A stretch of DNA of 64,000 nucleotides from the NCBI GenBank assembly GCA_963777315.1, contig CAVZQC010000002.1, positions 352,001-416,000 of the forward strand, given 5' to 3'. The notes beneath the pieces were generated by a model. That model made no database searches. It was not told the origin of the DNA and saw nothing but the letters and a program-made list of their open reading frames with translations. This document shows, piece by piece, positions 43,019 through 51,994 of this stretch. Position 1 is the stretch's first letter; the number at the start of each line of letters is the position of its first letter. A program made the position numbers and the translations under genes. This DNA comes from Vulcanimicrobiota bacterium. Lineage in GTDB: Bacteria; Vulcanimicrobiota; Vulcanimicrobiia; Vulcanimicrobiales; Vulcanimicrobiaceae.

Positions 43019-44435
43019 CGCGTGATGATCTCCGGAGTCATGACGAATACGACGTCAGTCTGCTGGCTCTGGTACGCCGTCGAGCGGAACAGCTGACCCA
43101 GAATCGGCAAGTCGCCCAGCAGCGGAATCTTCGTGATCGTGCGCTGCTCCATGCGGCGCAGCATGCCGCCCATGATGATGGACTCTCCCGGCTGAGTGAC
43201 GATGTCGGTCGATAAACGGCTGGTCTTGAGCGCGGGAATGACGAAGCCCGACACGGTGATAGCGTCGGCGAAATCCAAGTCGGACACTTCGGGAGCGATT
43301 TTCGTTTCCACGCTGCCGTTGCCCAATATCGTCGGCGTGACGTCGAGTTTTACGCCGAAATCCTTGTACAAAATGCTGACTTGGCCAAGGCCGGTCGCAA
43401 AGGGAATCGGGATCTGGCCTCCGACCAAGAAATCCGCCGGGGCACCCGGACTCGTCACCAGATTGGGCGAGGACAGAATCTTAGCGTGACCCTCCTGGAG
43501 CAGCAAGTTGAGCGTGGGCGCCAGGGTGATCGTACGAAAGAACGGGCTGGTCGTGAGCGCTTTGCCCAGACCCGTCGGCGCCTCGACGACCGGGAAGTCG
43601 GGCCTCCCAGCAAGTACGTGCCGTTCGGCTGATAGATCGCCGATTGCAGCTGAACCCCCAAATTCTTGAGCGCCGTGTTGTCGACTTCCAAGACGTAGAC
43701 TTTGACGCTGATCTGGCTGGTCGTATCGGTCGCAAGCCGATCGATGATCTTGCCTTCGCTGGCAAGATATTGTCCGGCCAAGCCGCGGACGCGATTTAAG
43801 ACCGCTTGTTCGGTCGTGGCATCGCGGACTTCACCGCTGACGATAACGTTGCCCTTGCCGTCGGGATCGACCCGAATCTCTCGCGCTCCGGGCATTCGGC
43901 CCACGTTCTCCTGCATGTCGCCGATGGGATGCGCGATCGTGACCGCGTTCACGATTGCGGACTTCTGCTCTCCGGCGACCTTGTCGAACCGCGCGATGAT
44001 GTCGCTCAGATTTTGGAATTGCGCCGTATCCTCGACGGTTCCGCGCACCACGATCGAATGGTTGAAGCCGAATATTTGAACCCCGGGCTGTTGAATGGAG
44101 GTCCGCAGCATCTGCGCCAAATCGTCGAGCACTTGCTCCGTAACCGTGACTTCATAGGCGGCTCTGCGGCCGGCATACCACACGAACACCGTCGTATGAC
44201 CCGGCGCTTTCCCGTTGACGACGATCTGGTTGCTGCCAACCGGCACGACGCCGGCGATCCGCCCGTCTCCAATCGCTAGGCGCTGCAAATTCGGCGTCTG
44301 CAACACGACGGAATGACCGGATTGGAGCGAAATCATCGTTACGGCGTCCGCGGCTCGCGAAGGCGCGAATGATACGCAGACGAGCACGGCGGCCGCAGCC
44401 GGCGCAAGAAAGCGACAAAGCATCCCACTGCGCAT
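43015..44435 (-). CDS. cpaC: Tad secretin RcpA/CpaC with BON-like domain (apparent 1-nt deletion near 43601)
   Basis: N-terminal RLAIGDGRIAGV...GKAPGHTTVFVW and QISVKVYVLEV; C-terminal AKILSSPNL, FLVGGQIP, GVKLDVTP, KIPLLGDLPILGQLFRS. Confidence 0.88.
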
Positions 44436-44508
44436 TCTGTTCCATCCTTAAAGGCGCGTGCCGGCCGCCGCAAGCCGGCGTCGGTGAAGCGATTATGACA
44501 GCGTTGAA

Positions 44509-44545
44509 CGCGTTAATCCGCTAACGGTAATTGACGTTCAGTCAA
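44509..44545 (+). promoter_or_regulatory. 37-bp element in the divergent Tad promoter region (copy 2)
   Basis: CGCGTTAATCCGCTAACGGTAATTGACGTTCAGTCAA; 33/37 identical to 30241-30277. Confidence 0.7.
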
Positions 44546-44630
44546 GAACGGCGTGAACGAAGCGCGCAAGCCTTGTGCGCTCGCTATTCCAATGGCATGA
44601 TGGCGCCACCAATGGACCGCGGAGGCGTAC

Positions 44631-45332
44631 ATGCACAGATCGATGGCGGCCCTATCGGCCGCAGCGATATTCACGATCGGAATGGCGGCGCATGCGACCG
44701 CGCAGCAAGCCGATTCGCTTGCCGCGCTGGCAGCACGCTCCGGATACATTTTTCAGTGGCTGTTGCCGGATCGCTCCGTCAGTCTTTCGCGTCCGGGCAT
44801 GCTGATTGTGCTCCGGCCCGGAGTGGTGCTCTACGACGTCAACGACCACGTTGAGGTCGCGGATCGCGCGCCAGTGACGAACCACGGCGACCTGCTCATT
44901 TCGCCCGCGCTGGCGGCTCGTCTGCGAACGCTCGCCAACATGGGCCGCAGTTCCACGGCGCCCGCGCGCTCGACGATCCTCGGATCGCAGGCAGTCCAAA
45001 CCGCCGGAGGGGCCGTAGCGCTCGAGGCGCGCGCTCTGGAAGGCAGCGAAGCGGTCGTCGTTAACGGCCAAACACCGGGGAGCGCCCCCGTAACCATCAC
45101 GTTATTTGCGATCATCTCGCCGGACCTTCCGACGGTGTTCGTAAGTAGGCATGACATCCAAACCGACCAAAACGGGCGGTTCTCCGGAGTCATTCCAATA
45201 GCTGCCGATTACATGCGCGGAACGGTGCTGCGAATCGTCGCAACATCGGCTTCCGGCGTCTCGCCCGCAACGGCGCAGATCGTGATCGGTCAGCCCAGTC
45301 CCGGCGCGACGGACCTGGGGAGCACCCCTTGA
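44631..45332 (+). CDS. Secreted hypothetical protein; N-terminal region resembles the copper amine oxidase N-terminal (stalk) domain
   Basis: GGAGG RBS, signal peptide, VLRPG...YDVNDH...APV..HGDLLI pattern. Confidence 0.6.
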   Translation: MHRSMAALSAAAIFTIGMAAHATAQQADSLAALAARSGYIFQWLLPDRSVSLSRPGMLIVLRPGVVLYDVNDHVEVADRAPVTNHGDLLISPALAARLRTLANMGRSSTAPARSTILGSQAVQTAGGAVALEARALEGSEAVVVNGQTPGSAPVTITLFAIISPDLPTVFVSRHDIQTDQNGRFSGVIPIAADYMRGTVLRIVATSASGVSPATAQIVIGQPSPGATDLGSTP

Positions 45333-45391
45333 GGCTTTCAATAGCCGCCCGGCGCGACGCCCCCTTCCCACTTGCTTCCTTAGGAGACATT

Positions 45392-45550
45392 ATGAAGACA
45401 CTTATCGCTCTTTTGTCCGACGACGAAGGCGCCACGATGGTCGAGTACGGCATCATGGTCGCCCTCATCGCCGCAGTCTGCATCGCCGTCGTAACGACGC
45501 TGGGAACCAAAGTTTCGAGCGCATTTACGAACGTCAACACCGCCCTGTAA
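45392..45550 (+). CDS. flp: Flp pilin 1
   Basis: DDEGATMVEYGIMVALIAAVCI; AGGAG RBS. Confidence 0.93.
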   Translation: MKTLIALLSDDEGATMVEYGIMVALIAAVCIAVVTTLGTKVSSAFTNVNTAL

Positions 45551-45558
45551 CGCTTCAT

Positions 45559-45614
45559 CGGCAAGAACTTGGGCGCGAGTTTCACAACCGGTGCCCGCGC
45601 CAGAGTTCTTGCCG
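45559..45614 (+). terminator. Strong intergenic stem-loop between the two flp genes (stabiliser/attenuator)
   Basis: CGGCAAGAACT (45559-45569) pairs perfectly with AGTTCTTGCCG (45604-45614); inner GGCGCG/CGCGCC stem; no long U-tract. Confidence 0.55.
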
Positions 45615-45640
45615 CACTTCACATAAGGAGTCTCTTTTTC

Positions 45641-45799
45641 ATGAAGGATTTGAAAGCTCTGATTGCAGACGATTCCGGCGCGACGATGGTGGAATACGGC
45701 ATCATGGTGGCCTTGATCGCCGCCGTGTGCATCGCCGTCGTCACGACGCTGGGCCAAACGGTCCAGAGCGCCTTCACCAACCTCAACAACAACCTGTAG
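45641..45799 (+). CDS. flp: Flp pilin 2
   Basis: DDSGATMVEYGIMVALIAAVCI; TAAGGAG RBS. Confidence 0.93.
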   Translation: MKDLKALIADDSGATMVEYGIMVALIAAVCIAVVTTLGQTVQSAFTNLNNNL

Positions 45800-45819
45800 C
45801 CGGCAGCGCGCCACTATCC

Positions 45820-46341
45820 ATGCACCTTGCTTTATGGCTCGTGCTGCTGGCGGCGGCAATCGCGTGCGTTACCGACGTTCGAACGCGCCGAATTCCGAAT
45901 CTGCTGGTGATCGCGCTTGCCGCCTCCGGCTTAGCGATGCACGCCACGCAAGGGTGGCAGTCGGTGGCTATGAGTTTGGCCGTGCTCGTTCTGACGCTGG
46001 CGGTCGGCGCGCTGGTGTTTTCCTTCGGCTTCGTCGGCGGCGGAGACGTCAAACTGATCGGCGCTGCCGCGGTGACGCTTACGCCGCCTGAGGCGATGCA
46101 GTTTGTGCTGTACACGCTGCTGTGCGGCGGCGCGCTCGGTATCGCTTTCAGCTTGGCGCAAGGACGGCTCAAAGCGACGCTCGGCAACGTGCGCGCAATG
46201 GCTACCCCGCTGCTGTACGGCGGGCGGCCCGCCGCCGTCCAGCCGTCGGCCAAAATGCCGTACGCAATCGCAATTTTCGCCGGCGCCGCCACGCTCGGCT
46301 TGGCTCAAACGCTCGTACCAGCTTTAAGGATCGCATTATGA
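45820..46341 (+). CDS. cpaA: Prepilin peptidase CpaA/TadV (A24)
   Basis: TDVRTRRIPN, GGGDVKL, MPYAIAIFAG. Confidence 0.9.
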   Translation: MHLALWLVLLAAAIACVTDVRTRRIPNLLVIALAASGLAMHATQGWQSVAMSLAVLVLTLAVGALVFSFGFVGGGDVKLIGAAAVTLTPPEAMQFVLYTLLCGGALGIAFSLAQGRLKATLGNVRAMATPLLYGGRPAAVQPSAKMPYAIAIFAGAATLGLAQTLVPALRIAL

Positions 46342-47231
46342 ACGCACGTCGCACGACTCTTCTCATCGCGTTGGTTCTCGCAATCGGCACCGGGTGGCTC
46401 ACGTTGAACTACATCACCGGAATACAGCGGCAGTCCACGACCGGAAACAACGCTCCAAGAGTGGTGCTGGTGGCAGCGGTCGATATTCCAGCGCGTGCGG
46501 CGATTTCAGCCGCCATGCTGGCCCGCACCACGCGGCCCGCATCGGCCGTCGAACCCGACGCCGTCACGGACCCCGGAAAGGCCGTCGGCTCGCTCTCGCT
46601 CATCACCATTCCGGCCGGCGCCATGATTACCAGTTCGAAGATTGGGCGGCCGGCCGACGTCGGGCTGCCGGTACGTTTGCGTTCCGGAATGCGCGCCGTC
46701 AGCATTTCCATCGACAAAGTCAAGGGCGTTTCGGGACTGGTGCAGCCGGGCGATCGCGTCGACGTCATTGCCATCCCACCTAAAGAGGGAAACGCATCAC
46801 CGCCCGCCGCTACGATACTGCGGGGCCTTCGCGTGCTCGCACTGGGCACGTCGCTGGAGAGCAGTTCGGCAACACCTTCACCGGATGAATCGAACTCGAC
46901 GACGGCCACGCTCGAAGTCACGCCCAAGCAAGCCGATCTCTTGGAAAGCGCGGACGTTAACACGACGCTGCGTCTGGCACTGCGTTCGCCGCGCGAGCCA
47001 ATAAACTCCATGCCGACGGAGAGCTTGGGCTATGCGACGGATTCCGCGCCTGTGGCGCCTGTGCCGGCTGCACCCATGGCGCCGTCCGTTGCGCCGCCCA
47101 TTGCGCAGGCTCCGATAGCCGTCGAACGGCCCAGTGCGCCTGCACGGCGGCATTTCGGCAGCGAAATCATGATCATCGATGGCGATCACGTCGGTTTCGG
47201 CTCCACGCTGACCACTCCGCAGGACTTGTAA
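46338..47231 (+). CDS. cpaB: Flp pilus assembly protein CpaB/RcpC
   Basis: SAF domain VLVAAVDIP, GMRAVSI, GVSGLVQPGDRVDV, TLEVTP.QA, LRLALRS. Confidence 0.92.
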   Translation: MNARRTTLLIALVLAIGTGWLTLNYITGIQRQSTTGNNAPRVVLVAAVDIPARAAISAAMLARTTRPASAVEPDAVTDPGKAVGSLSLITIPAGAMITSSKIGRPADVGLPVRLRSGMRAVSISIDKVKGVSGLVQPGDRVDVIAIPPKEGNASPPAATILRGLRVLALGTSLESSSATPSPDESNSTTATLEVTPKQADLLESADVNTTLRLALRSPREPINSMPTESLGYATDSAPVAPVPAAPMAPSVAPPIAQAPIAVERPSAPARRHFGSEIMIIDGDHVGFGSTLTTPQDL

Positions 47232-49324
47232 TGGCCTGTATGCTGTTCGCGTTCGTCGGCGCAAAAGGCGGCTCGGGTACATCGACGCTCTGCGCCGAAG
47301 CCGCAAGAACGCTCAAGCTCGACGGTTCCGTCAGCCTGGTGGATGCCGATCTTTCCGGCCGGCGCAGCGCTGCAATTCTGTTCAACGCGTTCCACCAACT
47401 CGATGCGTCCCGTGATCTGCAGCCCAAGATCGCCACAGCACGAGTCGACGGCGTCACCTTACTCGAAATCGCGAACTCGTACAGCAGCGCGTTCACCATT
47501 TCGCAAGACGACGTAGAGTCGCTCGCGCGAAGCTTGGATGAAACCGGCATCGTGCTCGTAGACATGCCGGCGCCCTTTGCTGCAACCGTACGGCCATTCA
47601 TCGTAAGGGCAGCCCGATTCATCGTCGTAACAGAGCGAACGGTCATGGGGCTGGCATCGGCGCGAACGATGGTCGACGAACTCAAACGCTTCGGGATCCC
47701 GAGCAACAGGATCGTGCTGCTGCTCAATCTGCGCGACTCTTTGGCGACGGTGTCGCGGGACCAAGTCGAGCGGGCGTTTCAAGAAAGGATTGCAGCGGAG
47801 ATTCCGGCGCTGACCGACCGCGGGTACCGTCGCGCGATCGCGGGCTTCGCGCGCACGCTTCGATCGGTCTCGGCGGAGCCTTCGATCGACACGCTGCTGC
47901 CGTCATCCAGCGGTGCCGCCCGCGATCGCCGCCTCGTTCCCCGCAGCTCCGCTCCTGCCTTCGCCGCCGGTACCGGCGAAAGGACCGCCGTTGAGCCCGG
48001 CGACGCAGCTCCCTCTCAAGACAAGTTGGACGCTCGCGAACGTCTCAAGGCCGATATTCATGAAGCGCTGGCTGCGAATATCGATTTGATCGACGCAAGC
48101 AAGGTCCAAGGCGACGCGGCGAAGATGGTGGAACTGCGGGCCAATATCGCCGGTGTGGCGGATCAAATGCTCCAGCATCAGCACGCGATCGATTCGGCCG
48201 AAGATGTTGCGCGTCTCAAAGAGGAGATCGTCGATGAGGCGCTCGGCCTGGGACCGCTGGAAGATCTCATGCGCGATCCGGCCGTAACGGAGATCATGGT
48301 CAATGGAGCGGCGAACGTCTATATAGAGCGCCGCGGCTTAATCGAGCGTTCGTCCAAACACTTCGCCAGCGAGCAGCAGCTGCGGCTGATCATCGAACGC
48401 ATTATTATGCCGCTCGGGCGCCGAGTGGACGAATCGGTGCCCATGGTCGATGCTCGACTGCCGGACGGCTCGCGCGTGAACGCGATAATTCCGCCGCTTT
48501 CCGTCGATGGCGCCACGCTGACCATTCGCCGGTTTGGGACGAAACGGTTGACCGAACAGGATCTGCTCGCCGGCGATTCGCTCACGGCCGAAATGCACGA
48601 TTTTTTGCGCGCCTGCGTCCAGGCGCGTTTGAACGTCGTCATCAGCGGCGGGACCGGCTCTGGAAAGACGACCTTCCTGAACATTCTTTCCGGATGCATT
48701 CCCGTACGCGAGCGCATCGTTACGATCGAAGATGCTGCCGAATTATGCCTGAACCAGCCGCACGTCGTGCGTTTGGAAGCACGCCCGGCCAATTTGGAAG
48801 GCCGCGGCGAAGTGAAAATTCGGGATTTGGTGCGCAATGCGCTGCGCATGCGCCCGGACCGGATCGTCGTAGGCGAAGCTCGGGGCGCCGAGGCGCTGGA
48901 CATGCTTCAGGCGATGAATACCGGCCACGACGGATCGTTGACTACCATCCACGCCAACACCGCTCGCGACTCGCTTTCAAGGATCGAAACCATGGTGATG
49001 ATGGCGGGCTTCGAGCTGCCGGTGCGTGCGATCCGCGAACAGGTTGCCAGTGCGGTGGATCTCGTGATCCAAACCTCCCGTATGCGTGACGGCACTCGTA
49101 AGATCACGAGCATAAGCGAGGTTGTCGGCATGGAAGGCGACATCGTCACCATGCAAGAGCTCGTGCGTTACACACAGCACGGCGTCGATACGAACAATCG
49201 CGTCGTCGGCGCGTTCCAGTATACGGGAGTCCAGCCCCAGGCGCTGCGCCGTTTTGAGGAATATGGCGTCAAGTTCGATATCCGCAGCTTGGCAAACATG
49301 GCGGCGACGGCGTCGATATGGTAG
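47231..49324 (+). CDS. cpaF: Fused CpaE/TadZ-like domain + CpaF/TadA pilus assembly ATPase
   Basis: N-terminal GAKGGSGTST / LVDADL MinD-like domain; C-terminal GLGPLE, DARLPDGSRVN, GGTGSGKTT, IEDAAEL, RMRPDRIVVGE, MNTGHDG. Confidence 0.92.
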   Translation: MACMLFAFVGAKGGSGTSTLCAEAARTLKLDGSVSLVDADLSGRRSAAILFNAFHQLDASRDLQPKIATARVDGVTLLEIANSYSSAFTISQDDVESLARSLDETGIVLVDMPAPFAATVRPFIVRAARFIVVTERTVMGLASARTMVDELKRFGIPSNRIVLLLNLRDSLATVSRDQVERAFQERIAAEIPALTDRGYRRAIAGFARTLRSVSAEPSIDTLLPSSSGAARDRRLVPRSSAPAFAAGTGERTAVEPGDAAPSQDKLDARERLKADIHEALAANIDLIDASKVQGDAAKMVELRANIAGVADQMLQHQHAIDSAEDVARLKEEIVDEALGLGPLEDLMRDPAVTEIMVNGAANVYIERRGLIERSSKHFASEQQLRLIIERIIMPLGRRVDESVPMVDARLPDGSRVNAIIPPLSVDGATLTIRRFGTKRLTEQDLLAGDSLTAEMHDFLRACVQARLNVVISGGTGSGKTTFLNILSGCIPVRERIVTIEDAAELCLNQPHVVRLEARPANLEGRGEVKIRDLVRNALRMRPDRIVVGEARGAEALDMLQAMNTGHDGSLTTIHANTARDSLSRIETMVMMAGFELPVRAIREQVASAVDLVIQTSRMRDGTRKITSISEVVGMEGDIVTMQELVRYTQHGVDTNNRVVGAFQYTGVQPQALRRFEEYGVKFDIRSLANMAATASIW

Positions 49325-50181
49325 GCGCGATGGTGCCGCTGAGCATCTTCCTGCTGGCGACCTTAACGGTCGCAATCGGATTTTATGGGGTCTGGGACCT
49401 TATCAATGCATCGACCACACGCCGCGTCGAAAGCTTCGCCGGCCTCATCGATCGGGGCGGCATCGCGCGCCGCCCTCAGGAGATCACGATCAGCGCCGTG
49501 ATTTTAACGGTCGCCGCGTGGTTAGGGCTGCTGCTTGTGTTCCGCCCAGCACTTCTGGTCGGATTCGCGCTCCTGCCGCTGGTTGCCGGCGCTGTCGCCG
49601 CCGCCTATTACGGCGTTCTGCAGATGAAGGTTCGCAAACGGCTAGGCGCGTTCGTGCAGCAACTGGAACTGGCGCTGCGCCTCATTTCAAGCGGCGTGCG
49701 CATCGGCCTTGGGCTCAAACAATCGTTTGCAATCGTTATCGATGAAATGCCGGACCCGGCGAGATACGAATTCATGCGGGTGCTGGGCCAGACGAATATC
49801 GGCATCAGCGTGTACGACGCGCTGGACGATCTTGCGGTGCGCATGCCCGCGGACGAAACGATGATGCTCGCCCGCGTCGTACGCGTACAGTCCACGACGG
49901 GCGGCGACTTGACCGGGATTCTCGAACAACTCGCCGATACGATTAAGGAGCGCCGGCGCATTCAGCGCAAAATCGCCGCCTTAACCTCCGAAGGCAGGAT
50001 GGGAGCTCTCGTGCTGTCCGGCGTGCCGCTGATCCTGGGTCTATTCATTTGCCTGCTGGAAAAAAACATGGGCCATTCGCTGCTGTTTACGGGGCCCGGA
50101 CATATCACGTTGGGGATCGTAGGGGTCCTCGAGATTGCGGGAGCTCTGAGCATGCGACGCATTTTGAAAGTAAAGGTTTGA
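49318..50181 (+). CDS. tadB: TadB inner-membrane platform protein
   Basis: F..QL..AL.LI...R.G, GGDLTGILE.LA.TIKER, ALTSEGRM. Confidence 0.9.
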   Translation: MVGAMVPLSIFLLATLTVAIGFYGVWDLINASTTRRVESFAGLIDRGGIARRPQEITISAVILTVAAWLGLLLVFRPALLVGFALLPLVAGAVAAAYYGVLQMKVRKRLGAFVQQLELALRLISSGVRIGLGLKQSFAIVIDEMPDPARYEFMRVLGQTNIGISVYDALDDLAVRMPADETMMLARVVRVQSTTGGDLTGILEQLADTIKERRRIQRKIAALTSEGRMGALVLSGVPLILGLFICLLEKNMGHSLLFTGPGHITLGIVGVLEIAGALSMRRILKVKV

Positions 50182-50182
50182 G

Positions 50183-51043
50183 ATGGCGTTTTATCTCGTC
50201 ATCCCGCTGCTTGGCGCGCTTTCGGCATTTCTGTTCTCGCTATCGCTCATTCCAAGTGAAAGCCCACTCGACCGCACGCTAAGCGAATTGCGCGGAGGGC
50301 GCGACAAGCAACTCGGTAAGATGGATCGCTGGGACGGGGTGATTGCCCACGTCGTCTCGCCGCAAGCGAAGAATCGCCTTCAAGGGATGCTCATGGAGGC
50401 CGGCTGGTACACCGTCACGCCCGCTCGCATTTTTCTGCGGTGTGCGGCAACGACGTGTGCCGGCGTTCTTGTCGCATTGCTTCTTCCGCATTTTCTGCAT
50501 CTGCCGTTCGCGCTTATTGCGGCGTTTTGTGCGCTGAGCGTCATAGTCGGCGCGTACGCGCCGTTCTACGCGCTCGAACGCGCGATCGAAGCGCGAAAGG
50601 AACAAGTTCAAAAGACCCTTCCGAATTTCTTGGACATGCTGACGTCGACCGTTCAGGCGGGCCTTGCGATGAATGCCGCCATGGCGTATGCGGTCGACGC
50701 CGCGCCCGGCGCGTTGGGCAGTGAAATAAAGGAAGCACTGTCGGAAGTCCGGCTCGGTCGATCTCGTCCCGAGGCGCTCAAGGCCGCGGCGGAGCGTTTG
50801 AATCAGGCGCAGTTCACCGTAACGATCACCGCGATCACCCAAGCGGAAAAGCTCGGCACCAACATCTCGAAGGTTTTGAATGAAGTAGCCGAAGACGTCC
50901 GGCATCAACGCATCACGCTGGTCGAAGAACAGGCGCAGAAGCTGCCGGTAAAGATGGCCTTTCCTATGGCCTTCTTTATGCTGCCGACTCTGTTCACGAT
51001 TATCTTCGGAACGCTCGCCGCCAACTATTTTGCCACGCGATGA
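50183..51043 (+). CDS. tadC: TadC inner-membrane platform protein
   Basis: LPNFLDML...VQAGL, GRSR.EAL, QAEKLGT, EE.AQKLPVKM.FP. Confidence 0.9.
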   Translation: MAFYLVIPLLGALSAFLFSLSLIPSESPLDRTLSELRGGRDKQLGKMDRWDGVIAHVVSPQAKNRLQGMLMEAGWYTVTPARIFLRCAATTCAGVLVALLLPHFLHLPFALIAAFCALSVIVGAYAPFYALERAIEARKEQVQKTLPNFLDMLTSTVQAGLAMNAAMAYAVDAAPGALGSEIKEALSEVRLGRSRPEALKAAAERLNQAQFTVTITAITQAEKLGTNISKVLNEVAEDVRHQRITLVEEQAQKLPVKMAFPMAFFMLPTLFTIIFGTLAANYFATR

Positions 51044-51651
51044 ACGTTGCAGCGATCTTCGGCGCAGTATTCTTCGCCGTTCTGGCCTACATCGGCGTAC
51101 TGCTGGCGAACGGGGTCGCTGCTAACGTCAAACCCCTGGAAGGCGGCCCACCGCCCAACGAACCTCCAACGCTCTGGCTTGTCGCCGCATGCGGCATTAT
51201 CGGCGCAGTGGTGAGCTCTCACTCCTCCTCAGCCGCCCAGATCGTTCTTACCGGATTCGTCTGCGCGGCGCTTGCCGCGGCGTGGTGCGTAGATGCCCGA
51301 ACCGGGCTCATCCCCGACGGGTTCACGCTCGTGCCCCTGGCCGCGCTTGTGCTCGTTTCCCTGTGGCAGCACCAATGGAGCATTATCATAGCAGCCTGCG
51401 TACCGCTGATTCCTTTTGCGCTCGCCGCGCTGCTGTCTCATGGTCGCGGAATGGGGTGGGGGGACGTCAGACTCGCTGCACTCGGGGGCGCAGTATTGGG
51501 AGCGCAAACCGCCGTCCTGGTTTTCGCACTCGCATGCGTTGTCGCCGTTGCAGTGGCGTACGCACGCAAGCGAACGAAAAGCCCTATCGCGTTCGGCCCA
51601 TATTTGGTAGCTGCGATCGGCATCGCGCTTCCAATCGGAATGCTCGTTTGA
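51040..51651 (+). CDS. Second A24-family prepilin peptidase
   Basis: VDARTGLIPD, GMGWGDVRL, IAFGPYL. Confidence 0.82.
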   Translation: MNVAAIFGAVFFAVLAYIGVLLANGVAANVKPLEGGPPPNEPPTLWLVAACGIIGAVVSSHSSSAAQIVLTGFVCAALAAAWCVDARTGLIPDGFTLVPLAALVLVSLWQHQWSIIIAACVPLIPFALAALLSHGRGMGWGDVRLAALGGAVLGAQTAVLVFALACVVAVAVAYARKRTKSPIAFGPYLVAAIGIALPIGMLV

Positions 51652-51652
51652 C

Positions 51653-51994
51653 GTGCTGCTGCGCAACCTGACGACCGAACAAATCGTCGCTAGGAACGTC
51701 CTTACTGCCGTGAGCTTACGGGACCGGACGCTCGGATTGATTGCGCGGCGTGAGATAGGATCGGACGACGGACTGTGGTTCCCGCGCTGCTCGGCAATTC
51801 ACACCGTCGGGATGCGGCACCCGATCGACGTGTTTTTTCTGGACCGGTTCGACCGCGTGTTACGCATAAAATGTACGGTGGCGGCCAATCGGCTCGTTAT
51901 TTGGTGCCGGCATGCTAAAGCAGTTGTCGAGTTGGGCGTTGCAGCGGGCGCCGTCAGAGACATTGCCGTAGGAGATCGTTTGGCGCTCGAATGA
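51653..51994 (+). CDS. DUF192 family protein
   Basis: R..GL, GLWF..C.AIHTVGMR.PIDV.FLD, V.EL..G, GDRL. Confidence 0.85.
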   Translation: MLLRNLTTEQIVARNVLTAVSLRDRTLGLIARREIGSDDGLWFPRCSAIHTVGMRHPIDVFFLDRFDRVLRIKCTVAANRLVIWCRHAKAVVELGVAAGAVRDIAVGDRLALE

